In this document: positions 41,591-50,966 of the stretch, piece by piece | Layout: every line of letters starts with the position of its first letter | Numbering within the stretch: position 1 is the first letter of the stretch | Source: Candidatus Poribacteria bacterium WGA-3G | GTDB taxonomy: Bacteria > Poribacteria > WGA-4E > WGA-3G | Assembly: GCA_000406005.1 (NCBI GenBank) | Contig: ASZN01000008.1 | Location: 19,327-83,326 of the forward strand | Length of the DNA: 64,000 nt | Reading direction: 5' to 3' | Made by a program: the position numbers and the translations under genes | The notes under the pieces: generated by a model | What the model was told of the DNA's origin: nothing | The model's database searches: none | What the model saw: only the letters and a program-made list of their open reading frames with translations

Positions 41591-44500
41591 TTATTTCCGT
41601 ATTAGCATTTTTCGTGTTGCAGTGAAATCTCCTGCTGTGAGCGTGTAGAAATAGACACCACTCGCCACAGGTTCACCGTGGTGATTTCTACCATCCCAAT
41701 ATGCCGCTCGCCAGCGGTTCTCGTAAACACCGGCGGATTGATAGCCCAACATCAACGCCCGAACCACGCTGCCTCGGACATCGTAGATCGTCAATGTTAC
41801 ATTTGCATCCTTCGCCAAGTGATACGGGAGCCACGTCTCAGGATTGAAAGGGTTCGGATAGTTCGGCAGTAACGCCGTCGTCTCCGGTATCGCACGCATT
41901 TCTGCAAGCAGGCGCAGGAGCTCTTCAATCACAGTTTCCACCCCTTTTCCGAGATGTGCATCGTCGGTCGCGAGGTGCTTCACATCCGCAAGTGCAGTGG
42001 CAACGTTGTCATAGGCGATATTCAAGGACAGCGCGTGCGTGCTGAAACCCATCGGTGCCCCGGCGGCACCTGCAATCTCAGCCGCCTGCTCCAAGGCGAG
42101 TAACAACACTTGTTCTATTGCTTTCATAAGCAAGGCATCCGCTGCATCAATGCCAGCAGCGACAGCAACGAGGTCAGTGACATTGACAACCCCATCCGCA
42201 TTCACATCCTCAGGCAGGTTGTTCCCGCGCTTGCCGTAAAAGATGGCAACCTGCACAAGGTCCAAAACGTTGACCTGCCCATCGCTATTGACATCCAAGG
42301 GGTCAGGTCCAGGGACGGGACCAGGTACATCTTCAGTCACCTCAATGGTGAATGTCAAAGCAGCCGATGCGCCCGTGGTATCCGTAGCGGTGTAAATGGC
42401 AGTCGTGGTTCCCGCTGTCGTTGGTGTGCCGCTCAACACTTGTATCGCTGCATCAAAGGCGAGCCCTGCCGGTATCGGCTCCAGGGTGTATGTGTAAGGT
42501 GCTGTGCCACCTGTGGCAATCGGCAGATACAGCAGTGTGATGGGGTTATTGACGACGAGGGTTTGATCGGCGACAGCGTTCGGACTAAAGCGAAGTTCGC
42601 CGCCGGTAGGCGGTTTATAAACAGCGTTAACGTTCGCATCAATGCCGACGAACATGACCGATCCACCACCACGGTTACTAACTTTCACCAATAAGAGATT
42701 ATCGCCTTGGACCAAGTTAACCGAAAATGTGTCTTGAAAATTATAAGCAGCGCGGTTGATAGCGTTTCTATGAACGACTTCACCATTGAGCCAAACCTTA
42801 ATAGAGTCATCACTCCCGACTCGCATCGTCACACCGGACTGCGCTGAGGCGGATTCAAGGGTGATCAGGGCATAAGACGAACGATCCTGTGTAGCACCTG
42901 TGCCTAAACCTATCGCAGCGACAGTATCGTCGATGTTACCATCAATAGGGCTGATCTCACCGAGCGTCCATGCTAAGGCACCAACTCTGTCCCCGTCGTT
43001 AGCACCGTTTGTTGCGACATCTGCTTCCGTGACAGTACCACTGCTCACTACAGCAAGCGAGTCAACATCCGTAGAAGCAGCACCCCCTTGACCTCTTTCC
43101 GTTGGAGCGATCATCCAGAGCCAGGGACCGGTGATTTTGTCCGGAGACAGATTTATAGGTGTGATTTTCCATAGCAGCATCGTGCCGTCGGCACTCCCCG
43201 ATGCGAGCGTGCGACCATCGGGTGAGAACGCGACGCTTCTGACCCAGGCAGTGTGTCCAACGAGTGTGTTTATGGGTTCTCCGGTTGACACATCCCATAA
43301 ATGAACCGTGTTGCCATCGTCACTCCCTGATGCAAGCGTGCCGCCATCTGGACTGAACGCTATACTACTACCACCGCCTTGAAGTGTCTTTGTCAAACTG
43401 CCGGTTGCAACATCCCATAAACGAATCCTACTATAAGACATTGCTGCGATGGTAGTGCCATCCGGACTGAACGCTACACTATTGCCACCACCTTGAAGTG
43501 TATTTATTAGGTTTCCGGTTGCCGCATCCCATAAACGAACTGTGCCGGACTCACTCCCCGATGCGATGGTGGTGCCATCAGGGCTGAACGCTACACTCAA
43601 GACACTCTTGGTGTGCCCGATGAGTGTGTTGATCAGGCTTCCGGTTGCGGCATCCCAGAGACGGACGGTATTGTTCTCACTTCCCGCTGCGAGGGTGGTG
43701 CCATCGGGTGAAAACGCCACACTACTGCCACCGCCTTGAAGTGTGTGTATCAGACTCCCGGAGGCAATATCCCAGAGACGGACGGTGTTGTCCCCACTTC
43801 CTGATGCAAGGGTCATGCCATCGGGTGAAAACGCCACACTTCTGACAGAACCCGTATGTTCAAGTGTATTTGTGATGTTTCCGGTTGCGGCATCCCAGAG
43901 ACGGACGGTGCTGCCCCCACTTCCCGATGCGAGGGTTATGCCATCTGGACTGAACGCCACACTTCTGACAGAACCCGTGTGTTCAATCGTATTTATCAGA
44001 CTGCCGGTTGCGACATCCCATAGACGAACTGTGTCGTCCACGTGGTCTCTGCCTCCAGAAACTTCTGAGTAGTCCCCACTTCCTGATGTGAGGGTTATGC
44101 CATCGGGTGAAAACGCCACACTATAGACCCATCCGGTGTGTCCTGCAAGTGTATTTATGAGTTCTCCGGTTGACACATCCCAGAGACGGGCTGTGTTGTC
44201 CCGACTTCCCGATGCGAGGGTGGTGCCATCGGGACTAAACGCGACGCTTCTCACATACCATGTGTGTCCGTCAAGTGTGTGTATGAGTTCTCCGGTTGCG
44301 ACATCCCATAAATAAACCGTTATAGAATGCCCCACTGCGAGGGTAGTGCTATCGGGTGAGAACGCTATACTATAATAGCCCCAGGCCGTGTTAAGTGTAT
44401 TTATCAGACTGCCGGTTGCGGCATCCCATAAACGAACCCCGTCTCTATCCGCTGATGCGAGGGTAGTGCCATCGGGACTGAACGCTACACTATAGACCCG

Positions 44501-45013
44501 GTACGTGTGTTGAAGTGTATTTATGAGGTTTCCAGTTGCGACATCCCATAAACGAACCCAATAGTCATCGTAGCCATCATTTCCTGATGCGAGGGTAGTG
44601 CTATCGGGTGAGAACGCAACACTATTGACCCATCCCGCGTGCCCTCCAAGCGTATTTATCAGACTGCCGGTTGCCACATCCCAGAGAAGCACCTCTTGAT
44701 AACTTCCCCCTGCGACCATGCGGCCATCGGGACTATATGCTACACTATCGACCGGTTGTGTGTTTCCTGTGAGAAGTGCGACCTCTTGAAGCGTTCCCGT
44801 ATCGTAGAGCCAAATACCGATACTGCCACCCACTGCAAGCCGACTCCCATCCGGTGAATACGCGATATCACCTATTGTGCCTTTGCCGAGACGGGCTCTG
44901 GCACCGTCCGGTAAGTGCCACTGTGGGGAATCTTGGGCGAAAGTGGTGTCGTTGATAAAAAATAGCGTTGTTAAACAGAGGACAGTTAATATGGAAAAGC
45001 ATGTGGTTTTCAT
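41591..45013 (-). CDS. Large secreted multidomain protein: ~13 WD40 blades, LamG/jelly-roll-like domain, Ig-like domain, dockerin-type repeat pair, helical spacer, C-terminal sorting/FlgD-Ig-like domain
   Basis: Start trimmed to ATG 45013 (signal MKTTCFSILTVLCLTTLFFINDTTFAQ). Repeated VAFSPDG(T/I)TLASGS..(N/S)TVRLWD(V/A)ATG. GSDDSIKVWLNGEVV...LLLVKVSNRGGG. GGTAPYTYTLEP. DVNSDGQVNVLDLV...DVNADGVVNVTDLV. C-terminus NYPNPFNPETWLPY...SGVYFYTLTAGDFTATRKMLIRK. Confidence 0.85.
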   Translation of the reverse strand: MKTTCFSILTVLCLTTLFFINDTTFAQDSPQWHLPDGARARLGKGTIGDIAYSPDGSRLAVGGSIGIWLYDTGTLQEVALLTGNTQPVDSVAYSPDGRMVAGGSYQEVLLWDVATGSLINTLGGHAGWVNSVAFSPDSTTLASGNDGYDDYWVRLWDVATGNLINTLQHTYRVYSVAFSPDGTTLASADRDGVRLWDAATGSLINTLNTAWGYYSIAFSPDSTTLAVGHSITVYLWDVATGELIHTLDGHTWYVRSVAFSPDGTTLASGSRDNTARLWDVSTGELINTLAGHTGWVYSVAFSPDGITLTSGSGDYSEVSGGRDHVDDTVRLWDVATGSLINTIEHTGSVRSVAFSPDGITLASGSGGSTVRLWDAATGNITNTLEHTGSVRSVAFSPDGMTLASGSGDNTVRLWDIASGSLIHTLQGGGSSVAFSPDGTTLAAGSENNTVRLWDAATGSLINTLIGHTKSVLSVAFSPDGTTIASGSESGTVRLWDAATGNLINTLQGGGNSVAFSPDGTTIAAMSYSRIRLWDVATGSLTKTLQGGGSSIAFSPDGGTLASGSDDGNTVHLWDVSTGEPINTLVGHTAWVRSVAFSPDGRTLASGSADGTMLLWKITPINLSPDKITGPWLWMIAPTERGQGGAASTDVDSLAVVSSGTVTEADVATNGANDGDRVGALAWTLGEISPIDGNIDDTVAAIGLGTGATQDRSSYALITLESASAQSGVTMRVGSDDSIKVWLNGEVVHRNAINRAAYNFQDTFSVNLVQGDNLLLVKVSNRGGGSVMFVGIDANVNAVYKPPTGGELRFSPNAVADQTLVVNNPITLLYLPIATGGTAPYTYTLEPIPAGLAFDAAIQVLSGTPTTAGTTTAIYTATDTTGASAALTFTIEVTEDVPGPVPGPDPLDVNSDGQVNVLDLVQVAIFYGKRGNNLPEDVNADGVVNVTDLVAVAAGIDAADALLMKAIEQVLLLALEQAAEIAGAAGAPMGFSTHALSLNIAYDNVATALADVKHLATDDAHLGKGVETVIEELLRLLAEMRAIPETTALLPNYPNPFNPETWLPYHLAKDANVTLTIYDVRGSVVRALMLGYQSAGVYENRWRAAYWDGRNHHGEPVASGVYFYTLTAGDFTATRKMLIRK

Positions 45014-45150
45014 AAATTTTCCTTGTAATATAACACGAGTTGCTATGAACAAGATTTAGGCAGGCAAACCTCGTTTTTTCAGACAACACGGTTGATTATC
45101 CGTGGCGTTTCGTACCGTAAATTGTTAGTTGGTATCCGACACAGAAGCAC

Positions 45151-45388
45151 CATAGGTGTCAATTTAGCGATTTTTGATAGTGTTGACTCACTCTAAATAT
45201 AAACAGGTTTCCGCCCTTACAGGGCTTAGGTTTTTTAGCCACACGCTGCTATAAACATTGCGTCGCTACGCGACTGAAGAGGTTCCTAAAGTCTTCAAGG
45301 TTTCCGCGTAGAATCCGGTTCGGTTGGGAAACCGAACCTACCGGGCCTGGGTCCGAGACGGTTGTTGTTTCTAAAATTGACACTTATG
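45151..45388. mobile_element. 238-bp MITE-like element, copy B, with 15-bp TIRs and flanking 19-bp direct repeats
   Basis: TIRs CATAGGTGTCAATTT (45151-45165) and AAATTGACACTTATG (45374-45388), 14/15 complementary. Flanked by identical GTATCCGACACAGAAGCAC at 45132-45150 and 45389-45407. The interior is collinear with 9715-9905. Confidence 0.7.
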
Positions 45389-45491
45389 GTATCCGACACA
45401 GAAGCACAGACTAACAGTCTATGCTACAAGTTGCTTTTTTCAGGGTCCTCTATCCTATTGAGAAAATTTCAAATAGAAGTGGTATAATATC

Positions 45492-45950
45492 CTATCCCAA
45501 CCGGCGTAAGTAGGCGGATAAAAAGATAACGATCAATCCGAAGATTACTGTAAGGTTGAGCCACGGCGCGGGTCTCTTTTGATACACACTGAACACCGGA
45601 TATGGGAATGTTAGGACGATTGCTAACGTAAATATTAGAAAGACGATAAAGAGTTTGATACCTAAGACGAAGATATAGAGCGAGTGGTCTGAAACAACTG
45701 GATCCATGGAGGCATCTGCGCGTGCACTGCGAAAAAAGGTGATAAAGTTATATAGACCTGATATGAGGATGGTTAACAACGCTGTCCAGACAATGCCGCT
45801 GAAGCGTCGCAAGGCGGACGCGATCAAATTTTCGGAATCAGTGGAACGGTTAGCGATAGGGAGCAGAACAACGCGAAAAAAAAAGAACCCTCCTATCATC
45901 AGGACGACAGATCCGACATGTATCCATTGTATCAACGATTTCAGCAACAT
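45492..45950 (-). CDS. Four-TM membrane protein (CopD-like / DUF2269-like)
   Basis: WIHVGSVVLMIGGFFFF resembles the H-x3-a-x-W-x-GG start of CopD-type domains, with three further TM helices. Confidence 0.5.
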   Translation of the reverse strand: MLLKSLIQWIHVGSVVLMIGGFFFFRVVLLPIANRSTDSENLIASALRRFSGIVWTALLTILISGLYNFITFFRSARADASMDPVVSDHSLYIFVLGIKLFIVFLIFTLAIVLTFPYPVFSVYQKRPAPWLNLTVIFGLIVIFLSAYLRRLG

Positions 45951-46035
45951 ATTTTGTAGTTTTCAGTACGCAGTTTTCAGTACGCAGTTAAGGAGACGCT
46001 TGTAACTGATAACTGAGTACTGAAAACTGTTAACT
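45951..46035. repeat. CAGT-rich hairpin repeat
   Basis: TAGTTTTCAGTACGCAGTTTTCAGTACGCAGTTAAGGAGACGCTTGTAACTGATAACTGAGTACTGAAAACTG; inverted arms. Confidence 0.55.
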
Positions 46036-46055
46036 AATTTAACCGATAACCATTT

Positions 46056-46295
46056 TCACACCACCGGTTTTCCACCAATAGGATTAAAACAGGCACGAGA
46101 TTGCTTGCATGCATCGGGTGATACAAACTGATCATCGGGTCCTACGACTTGCATCGTGCAGTTGCACCAATAGTGTGAACCGGGGTTGTTTTCAACGAGG
46201 TTCTGCAGATTGCCGCCCGGAATGTAGATCGCCTTCGTCCGTAGATTTTGACAAATTGGACGATTAAAGATTGGAAGTGTCTTTCCTTCTAACAT
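46056..46295 (-). CDS. Small Cys-containing hypothetical protein (79 aa) downstream of the Mo-hydroxylase operon
   Basis: ORF 12 nt after the FAD-subunit gene on the same strand, with coding-like composition and five Cys residues. Confidence 0.45.
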   Translation of the reverse strand: MLEGKTLPIFNRPICQNLRTKAIYIPGGNLQNLVENNPGSHYWCNCTMQVVGPDDQFVSPDACKQSRACFNPIGGKPVV

Positions 46296-46307
46296 ATTGC
46301 TGCTCCT

Positions 46308-47288
46308 TTAGCTTGCTGCCATCATAGCGGCGCGGCTGACGAGGTTCTGTGTTAAAGTCACCTTATAGGCGTTATCGTTCAAGGGTTGTGCGTCCTTGAT
46401 AGCATCTGCTCCTGCCTGTCTGCTGACTCCATCGTCAATCATCTTACCGTTAAGTGCGGCTTCGGCTTCTTTGGAGCGCCACGGTGCGGGTGCGACGCCA
46501 CCGAGCACGATGCTCGCGGATGTGCAGGTTTTCGCATCCATTTCAAAGACCGCTGCCACGCTTGCGAGTGCGAAGTCCGGCGCGCCTTTCTCGCGTGCTT
46601 TCAGGTAGAAACTCTTCGTATTCGGTTTCGCAGGTGGCACTTGGACTTCGACGACAATTTCGTTGGATTGCAGCACGTTTTCTCGGAACGGATTTGCTGC
46701 CGGTAAGGTAAAGAAATCCTCAAGAGACATCGTTTTCTCACCTTCGGGTCCGACGATTTTGACTGCTGCGCCGAGTGCGATAAGTGCGGGTGCGAGGTCG
46801 GATGGATGGACGATGTAAACTGGATCGCCGCCGAGAATCGCGTGGTATTTGCTCAAGCCGTCAACGGCGAAACAGATGTCTCCACCTTTTTTGAGGCAGT
46901 TGGTGCTCTCATCGCGATAATACCAGCATCGTGGACGTTGACAGAGATTTCCACCGAGCGTGCCGACGTTCCGAATCTGCGGTGTCGCAACAGACGCAGC
47001 GGCTTGTGCCAAGACGGTATAATGGTGCTGGATCGTCGGATGTCTGGCAATGTCTGCAACAGTGGCTAATGCGCCGATTTTTAATCCCGATGCGTCTGCT
47101 TCGATGGCATCCATTCCGGGCAACGTTTTGAGGTTAACGAGTGTCTTTGGTGTCTCAACATACTCCTTAAGCTCAGCGAGCAGGTCCGTGCCGCCGGCGA
47201 TAAGCATGACTTCGCCCCACCGGCTGTCGCTCAGGAGCGCGGTGACCTGTTCAAAACTGGTGGCGTTAACGTAACTAAATTTTTCCAT
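46308..47288 (-). CDS. Xanthine dehydrogenase family, FAD-binding subunit (CoxM/PaoB-like)
   Basis: Start trimmed to ATG 47288 (MEKFSYVNATSFEQVTALL). IAGGTDLL FAD motif and CO-dehydrogenase flavoprotein C-terminal domain. Confidence 0.85.
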   Translation of the reverse strand: MEKFSYVNATSFEQVTALLSDSRWGEVMLIAGGTDLLAELKEYVETPKTLVNLKTLPGMDAIEADASGLKIGALATVADIARHPTIQHHYTVLAQAAASVATPQIRNVGTLGGNLCQRPRCWYYRDESTNCLKKGGDICFAVDGLSKYHAILGGDPVYIVHPSDLAPALIALGAAVKIVGPEGEKTMSLEDFFTLPAANPFRENVLQSNEIVVEVQVPPAKPNTKSFYLKAREKGAPDFALASVAAVFEMDAKTCTSASIVLGGVAPAPWRSKEAEAALNGKMIDDGVSRQAGADAIKDAQPLNDNAYKVTLTQNLVSRAAMMAAS

Positions 47289-47430
47289 CTTTCTAATTTT
47301 CCTTGCGGTTCGATTAGGTAAGTTGAATGAATGAAGTGTCTTTCCGTAGATATAAAAAAATACCCGAGCAAAACCCTTCCATTTCATTACCGGCTAAGGT
47401 TTCTGATGTTGCGAAAAACGTCTTTTTCCC

Positions 47431-49551
47431 TTATGCCTTCTTCTCGGCAAGCGCGATGAGAATCTTATCGGGTGTGATGGGTAATTCCCGGATCCGGACA
47501 CCGATTGCGTTGTGAACGGCGTTTGCGATAGCGCCGAGTGTCGGGATACATGGCGGTTCACCGATTCCAGTAACCTTCCGGTGTGTATCAAAGACGATGG
47601 ATTTAATCTCCGGTATCTCGAAAGTTCCGGGAACTTTGTAATCCTCAAGGTTCGCGTTGAGCATCCGTCCGGTCTGTGCGTCCATGAAGCGTTCTTCAAG
47701 GAGTGCTTGCCCTAAGCCCATGATAACACCGCCGTTAATCTGGCTTTCTGTGGTCAGTCGGTTGATTGCGAGTCCACAATCCTGAACGGCGACAATTTTG
47801 ATAACTCTGACGGCACCGGTTTCGGTATCGACTTCAACTTCAGCGAATTGTGTTCCCGCAACGCCGCCTTGACGGAGTTCTCTATCCCATTCTCCACCTT
47901 CAGTGATGCTTTCCATGCCGAGTTGCCCGGTTGCGAGTTCCCACTTGATTGTCTTGGTTCTATCAGAGACGACGTAGATTGTGTGGTTACCGACGCGTAG
48001 GTCTTCGACAGAAGCCTCAAGTTGTGGTGCGACGCGTTCAAACAATTTCTGCTTTGCTGCCGCTGCTGCCGTTTTGATGACGGGTGCGACGGATGCGGTT
48101 GTCTGACTACCGCCACTACCGCCGGATGGGAGTCCGGGACCAGAATCGCCAACCTTTACCATAATATCGGTTGGGTTGAGTCCCAATTCTTCGGCGACAA
48201 TAATAGCGATCGCTGTGCGGATACCGGTTCCGATGTCTTGTGTTCCGGTAACGGCTTCAACGGTGCCGTCGGCATTGATAGTGACACGTGCTTGTGTGCC
48301 GTCTCCGCCGCCGCCGCCCCATTGTCCGCTGCCGACACCCATGCCGCGTTTTTTCACGCCTGTGCCGGAACCGGGGACGCTGTTACGCCGGTGCCATCCG
48401 ATCTCTTGTGCGCCGAGGGTATATTGTGCTTGTCGAACTTCACTTGGATCGTTGATACGTCTGAATTCGAGTGGGTTCATGCCGAGTTTCTCGGCGAGTT
48501 CATCCATCAGCGAATCCATGGCGAATGCGCCTTGTGGATGTCCTGGCGCACGCATTGCGCGTTGGTTGCCGACGTTGACAGCGACGTTCCTCCGCTCCGT
48601 GCGTCGGTTGGGTACATGATAGACGTAAGGTGCTTGAAAACCTGCGCCGCTTGAAATACCGCCTGTGCCGTAGCCTTTCATATCGTAGGCGATGATCCGT
48701 CCGTCGCCGGTTGCACCTGCACGTACGTGTTGTGTCATCGAAGGACGGTTACCCGCGACGAGGTGCTCGGCTTTCCGAGTGAGCATCAGTTTGACGGGTC
48801 TACCTGTGGCACGTGCCAGGTTAGCGGCAGTGCGTCCTTCTACACCCGGTCCGAATTTGCTTCCGAAACCGCCACCCATGTGCTCTGTGATGATTCTGAC
48901 CTGATTGGCTGGCAGATTGAAGTGACCGGCTAAATCGTTTCGGACACCAAAAACGCCTTGTGTAGATGCCCAGACAGTTAGATTCTCGTCGTCTTCCCAT
49001 TCAGCGACGTTTCCATGTGTCTCTAAGCAGACGTGTGTTTGGACAGGCGTGTGATAGGTCGCCTCTACTTCAACGGCGGCTTGCTCAAATCCTGCGTTAA
49101 TGTCGCCTTCTTCTCTGACGTTCGGTTCGCTCTGGTTTCCAGCCCAATCGTCTCGGATCTGTGGTGCGTTTTCCCGCATTGCGTCTTCTTCTGTGACGAC
49201 ATGCGGTAGTTCTTCGAGCTCGACACGGATACGCCGGATCGCGTCTTTGGCGATGTCATCTGTCTCTGCTGCGACTGCGGCGATCTCTTGTCCTTGGTAA
49301 CGGATTTGCCTTCCAACTTCAATGAGTGGTAAAACTGCTTTGACACCGGGCATCGCTTCTGCTTCGCTTAGGTCTAAATCGACGACGTTTGCGCGTGCGA
49401 CTTCAGAACGTAAGATGCGTCCGTAAAGCAGTCCCGGTCTATTAATATCAAAGGTATACTTCGCTTTTCCTGTAACCTTATCTTTACCTGACAGACGGGG
49501 TATCCGTTTGCCGATAAGACGAGATTCGCTTGCTTCTCCCCATGATGCCAT
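47431..49551 (-). CDS. Xanthine dehydrogenase family, molybdopterin-binding large subunit (CoxL/PaoC-like)
   Basis: Start trimmed to ATG 49551 (GGAGG RBS). VTGKAKYTFD, GGGFGSK and MGLGQALLEE blocks typical of aldehyde oxidase/xanthine dehydrogenase Mo-binding subunits. Confidence 0.9.
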   Translation of the reverse strand: MASWGEASESRLIGKRIPRLSGKDKVTGKAKYTFDINRPGLLYGRILRSEVARANVVDLDLSEAEAMPGVKAVLPLIEVGRQIRYQGQEIAAVAAETDDIAKDAIRRIRVELEELPHVVTEEDAMRENAPQIRDDWAGNQSEPNVREEGDINAGFEQAAVEVEATYHTPVQTHVCLETHGNVAEWEDDENLTVWASTQGVFGVRNDLAGHFNLPANQVRIITEHMGGGFGSKFGPGVEGRTAANLARATGRPVKLMLTRKAEHLVAGNRPSMTQHVRAGATGDGRIIAYDMKGYGTGGISSGAGFQAPYVYHVPNRRTERRNVAVNVGNQRAMRAPGHPQGAFAMDSLMDELAEKLGMNPLEFRRINDPSEVRQAQYTLGAQEIGWHRRNSVPGSGTGVKKRGMGVGSGQWGGGGGDGTQARVTINADGTVEAVTGTQDIGTGIRTAIAIIVAEELGLNPTDIMVKVGDSGPGLPSGGSGGSQTTASVAPVIKTAAAAAKQKLFERVAPQLEASVEDLRVGNHTIYVVSDRTKTIKWELATGQLGMESITEGGEWDRELRQGGVAGTQFAEVEVDTETGAVRVIKIVAVQDCGLAINRLTTESQINGGVIMGLGQALLEERFMDAQTGRMLNANLEDYKVPGTFEIPEIKSIVFDTHRKVTGIGEPPCIPTLGAIANAVHNAIGVRIRELPITPDKILIALAEKKA

Positions 49552-49642
49552 ACGTTTTCCTCCTATGGACACGCCCTCCGATGGAGCAGTGGATTTTTGT
49601 GTCCGGCAAGCCGAGGCTTGCTTTCAATAACAGCGATAGGAA

Positions 49643-50278
49643 TTACATCTTCTTTGATGCAGTCTTGACAGCATCAAAGATGAACGGATAGGTGCCACAG
49701 CGACATGTATTTCCGGACAGACCGACTTTGATTTCTTCAAGCGTCGGTTTTGTATTTTCGCTCAACAGTGCTGCGGACGAGACGACGAAACCGGGTGTGC
49801 AGAACCCGCACATCAGAGCGTCGTGTTGGACGAATGCGTCTTGGACGGGGTGTAGGTTGTCGCCATCTGCTAAACCTTCAACGGTTGTTATCTGCGTGCC
49901 TTCTGCGTCCATAGCGAGCATCATACAGGCGTAGACGGTTTTTCCGTCGACCATGACGGTACAGCCACCGCATTCGCCTCGGTCGCAGATCAGTTTGGCA
50001 CCGGTTAAGTCAATGTTTGTTCCGCTTGTATCAATTCCGTCGCGTAAGACGGTCAAGAGGGTTGTGCGCGCTTCGACCTCAACTTGATACGGTTTACCGT
50101 TGATATTGAGTTGAATTGTTGCGCTGGCAACGGCGTCCCCTGTTTGTGCATCAGCCGCTTTTTCGCTGCCGATCAAGACACTGGGCGCGACGGTTGCTGC
50201 AACAGTCCCGGTCCCTACACCTTTCAAGAAGTTCCGGCGGGAGATGTTCGTCCCCTGTTTTTTCTCTTTATCAGGCAT
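49643..50278 (-). CDS. (2Fe-2S)-binding small subunit with twin-arginine signal (PaoA-like)
   Basis: TAT motif SRRNFLKGVG. Cys clusters C-x-x-G-x-C-G-x-C (CDRGECGGC) and CGFC...C-x-C. Confidence 0.9.
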   Translation of the reverse strand: MPDKEKKQGTNISRRNFLKGVGTGTVAATVAPSVLIGSEKAADAQTGDAVASATIQLNINGKPYQVEVEARTTLLTVLRDGIDTSGTNIDLTGAKLICDRGECGGCTVMVDGKTVYACMMLAMDAEGTQITTVEGLADGDNLHPVQDAFVQHDALMCGFCTPGFVVSSAALLSENTKPTLEEIKVGLSGNTCRCGTYPFIFDAVKTASKKM

Positions 50279-50544
50279 ACGGTGCCTCCTTACAATCGTG
50301 AATTCAGATAATATTTATAGCGTTAACTGGACAATCTTTTATCCTTCAATTCCCGATAATATATCATATTTTATTTTTTTTATCAAGCGAAAAAATTTCG
50401 GTCATCTAATTGAGGTATCAAAAATTGATTGGCAATTTTTGATAAAATAGGGTATTATATTACTAAAGAACTTTTTGGAATAAATTTTATTTTTCACAGA
50501 GGCGACTTCGCCTATAAGACACTGAACTATAGTAAGGAGTTATC

Positions 50545-50871
50545 ATGGCTGAGAATACGTTTGAAATTAGCGACGATACGTTTGAAGGAATGGTGCTTAC
50601 ATCAGACACACCTGTTGTTGTTGACTTTTGGGCAGAGTGGTGCGGTCCGTGCAAAATGATTGCGCCGATCTTAGAAGAACTTGCTGGGGAAAATACAGAG
50701 ACCTTCAAAGTTGGGAAAGTCAATGTTGATGACAATCGCCAGACGGCGATGCAGTATAACGTTCGGAGTATACCGACACTGCTGGTGTTCAAAGACGGAA
50801 AAGTTGCGGGACAGATTGTCGGTGCGATGCCCAAAGATGCACTGAAAAAGAAAATCTTAGACGTTCTGTAA
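50545..50871 (+). CDS. trxA: Thioredoxin
   Basis: 108 aa with FWAEWCGPCK active site; AAGGAG RBS. Confidence 0.95.
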   Translation: MAENTFEISDDTFEGMVLTSDTPVVVDFWAEWCGPCKMIAPILEELAGENTETFKVGKVNVDDNRQTAMQYNVRSIPTLLVFKDGKVAGQIVGAMPKDALKKKILDVL

Positions 50872-50966
50872 ATCCCTGCCCTTGAAATGGAAGGTTGGAA
50901 GTTTCGGGATTGCGGTTCCGTTCTACCCTTCCATTTTTTAATTTTCCTGCCTCTCTACGGTTCACT

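Noticed and set aside
50872-50966. AAATGGAAGG...CCTTCCATTTTTTA inverted repeat after trxA considered as a rho-independent terminator.
   Set aside because: The loop would be ~30 nt, and the stem is only ~10 bp with an internal secondary hairpin. It is plausible but too weak to list as a feature without folding energies.
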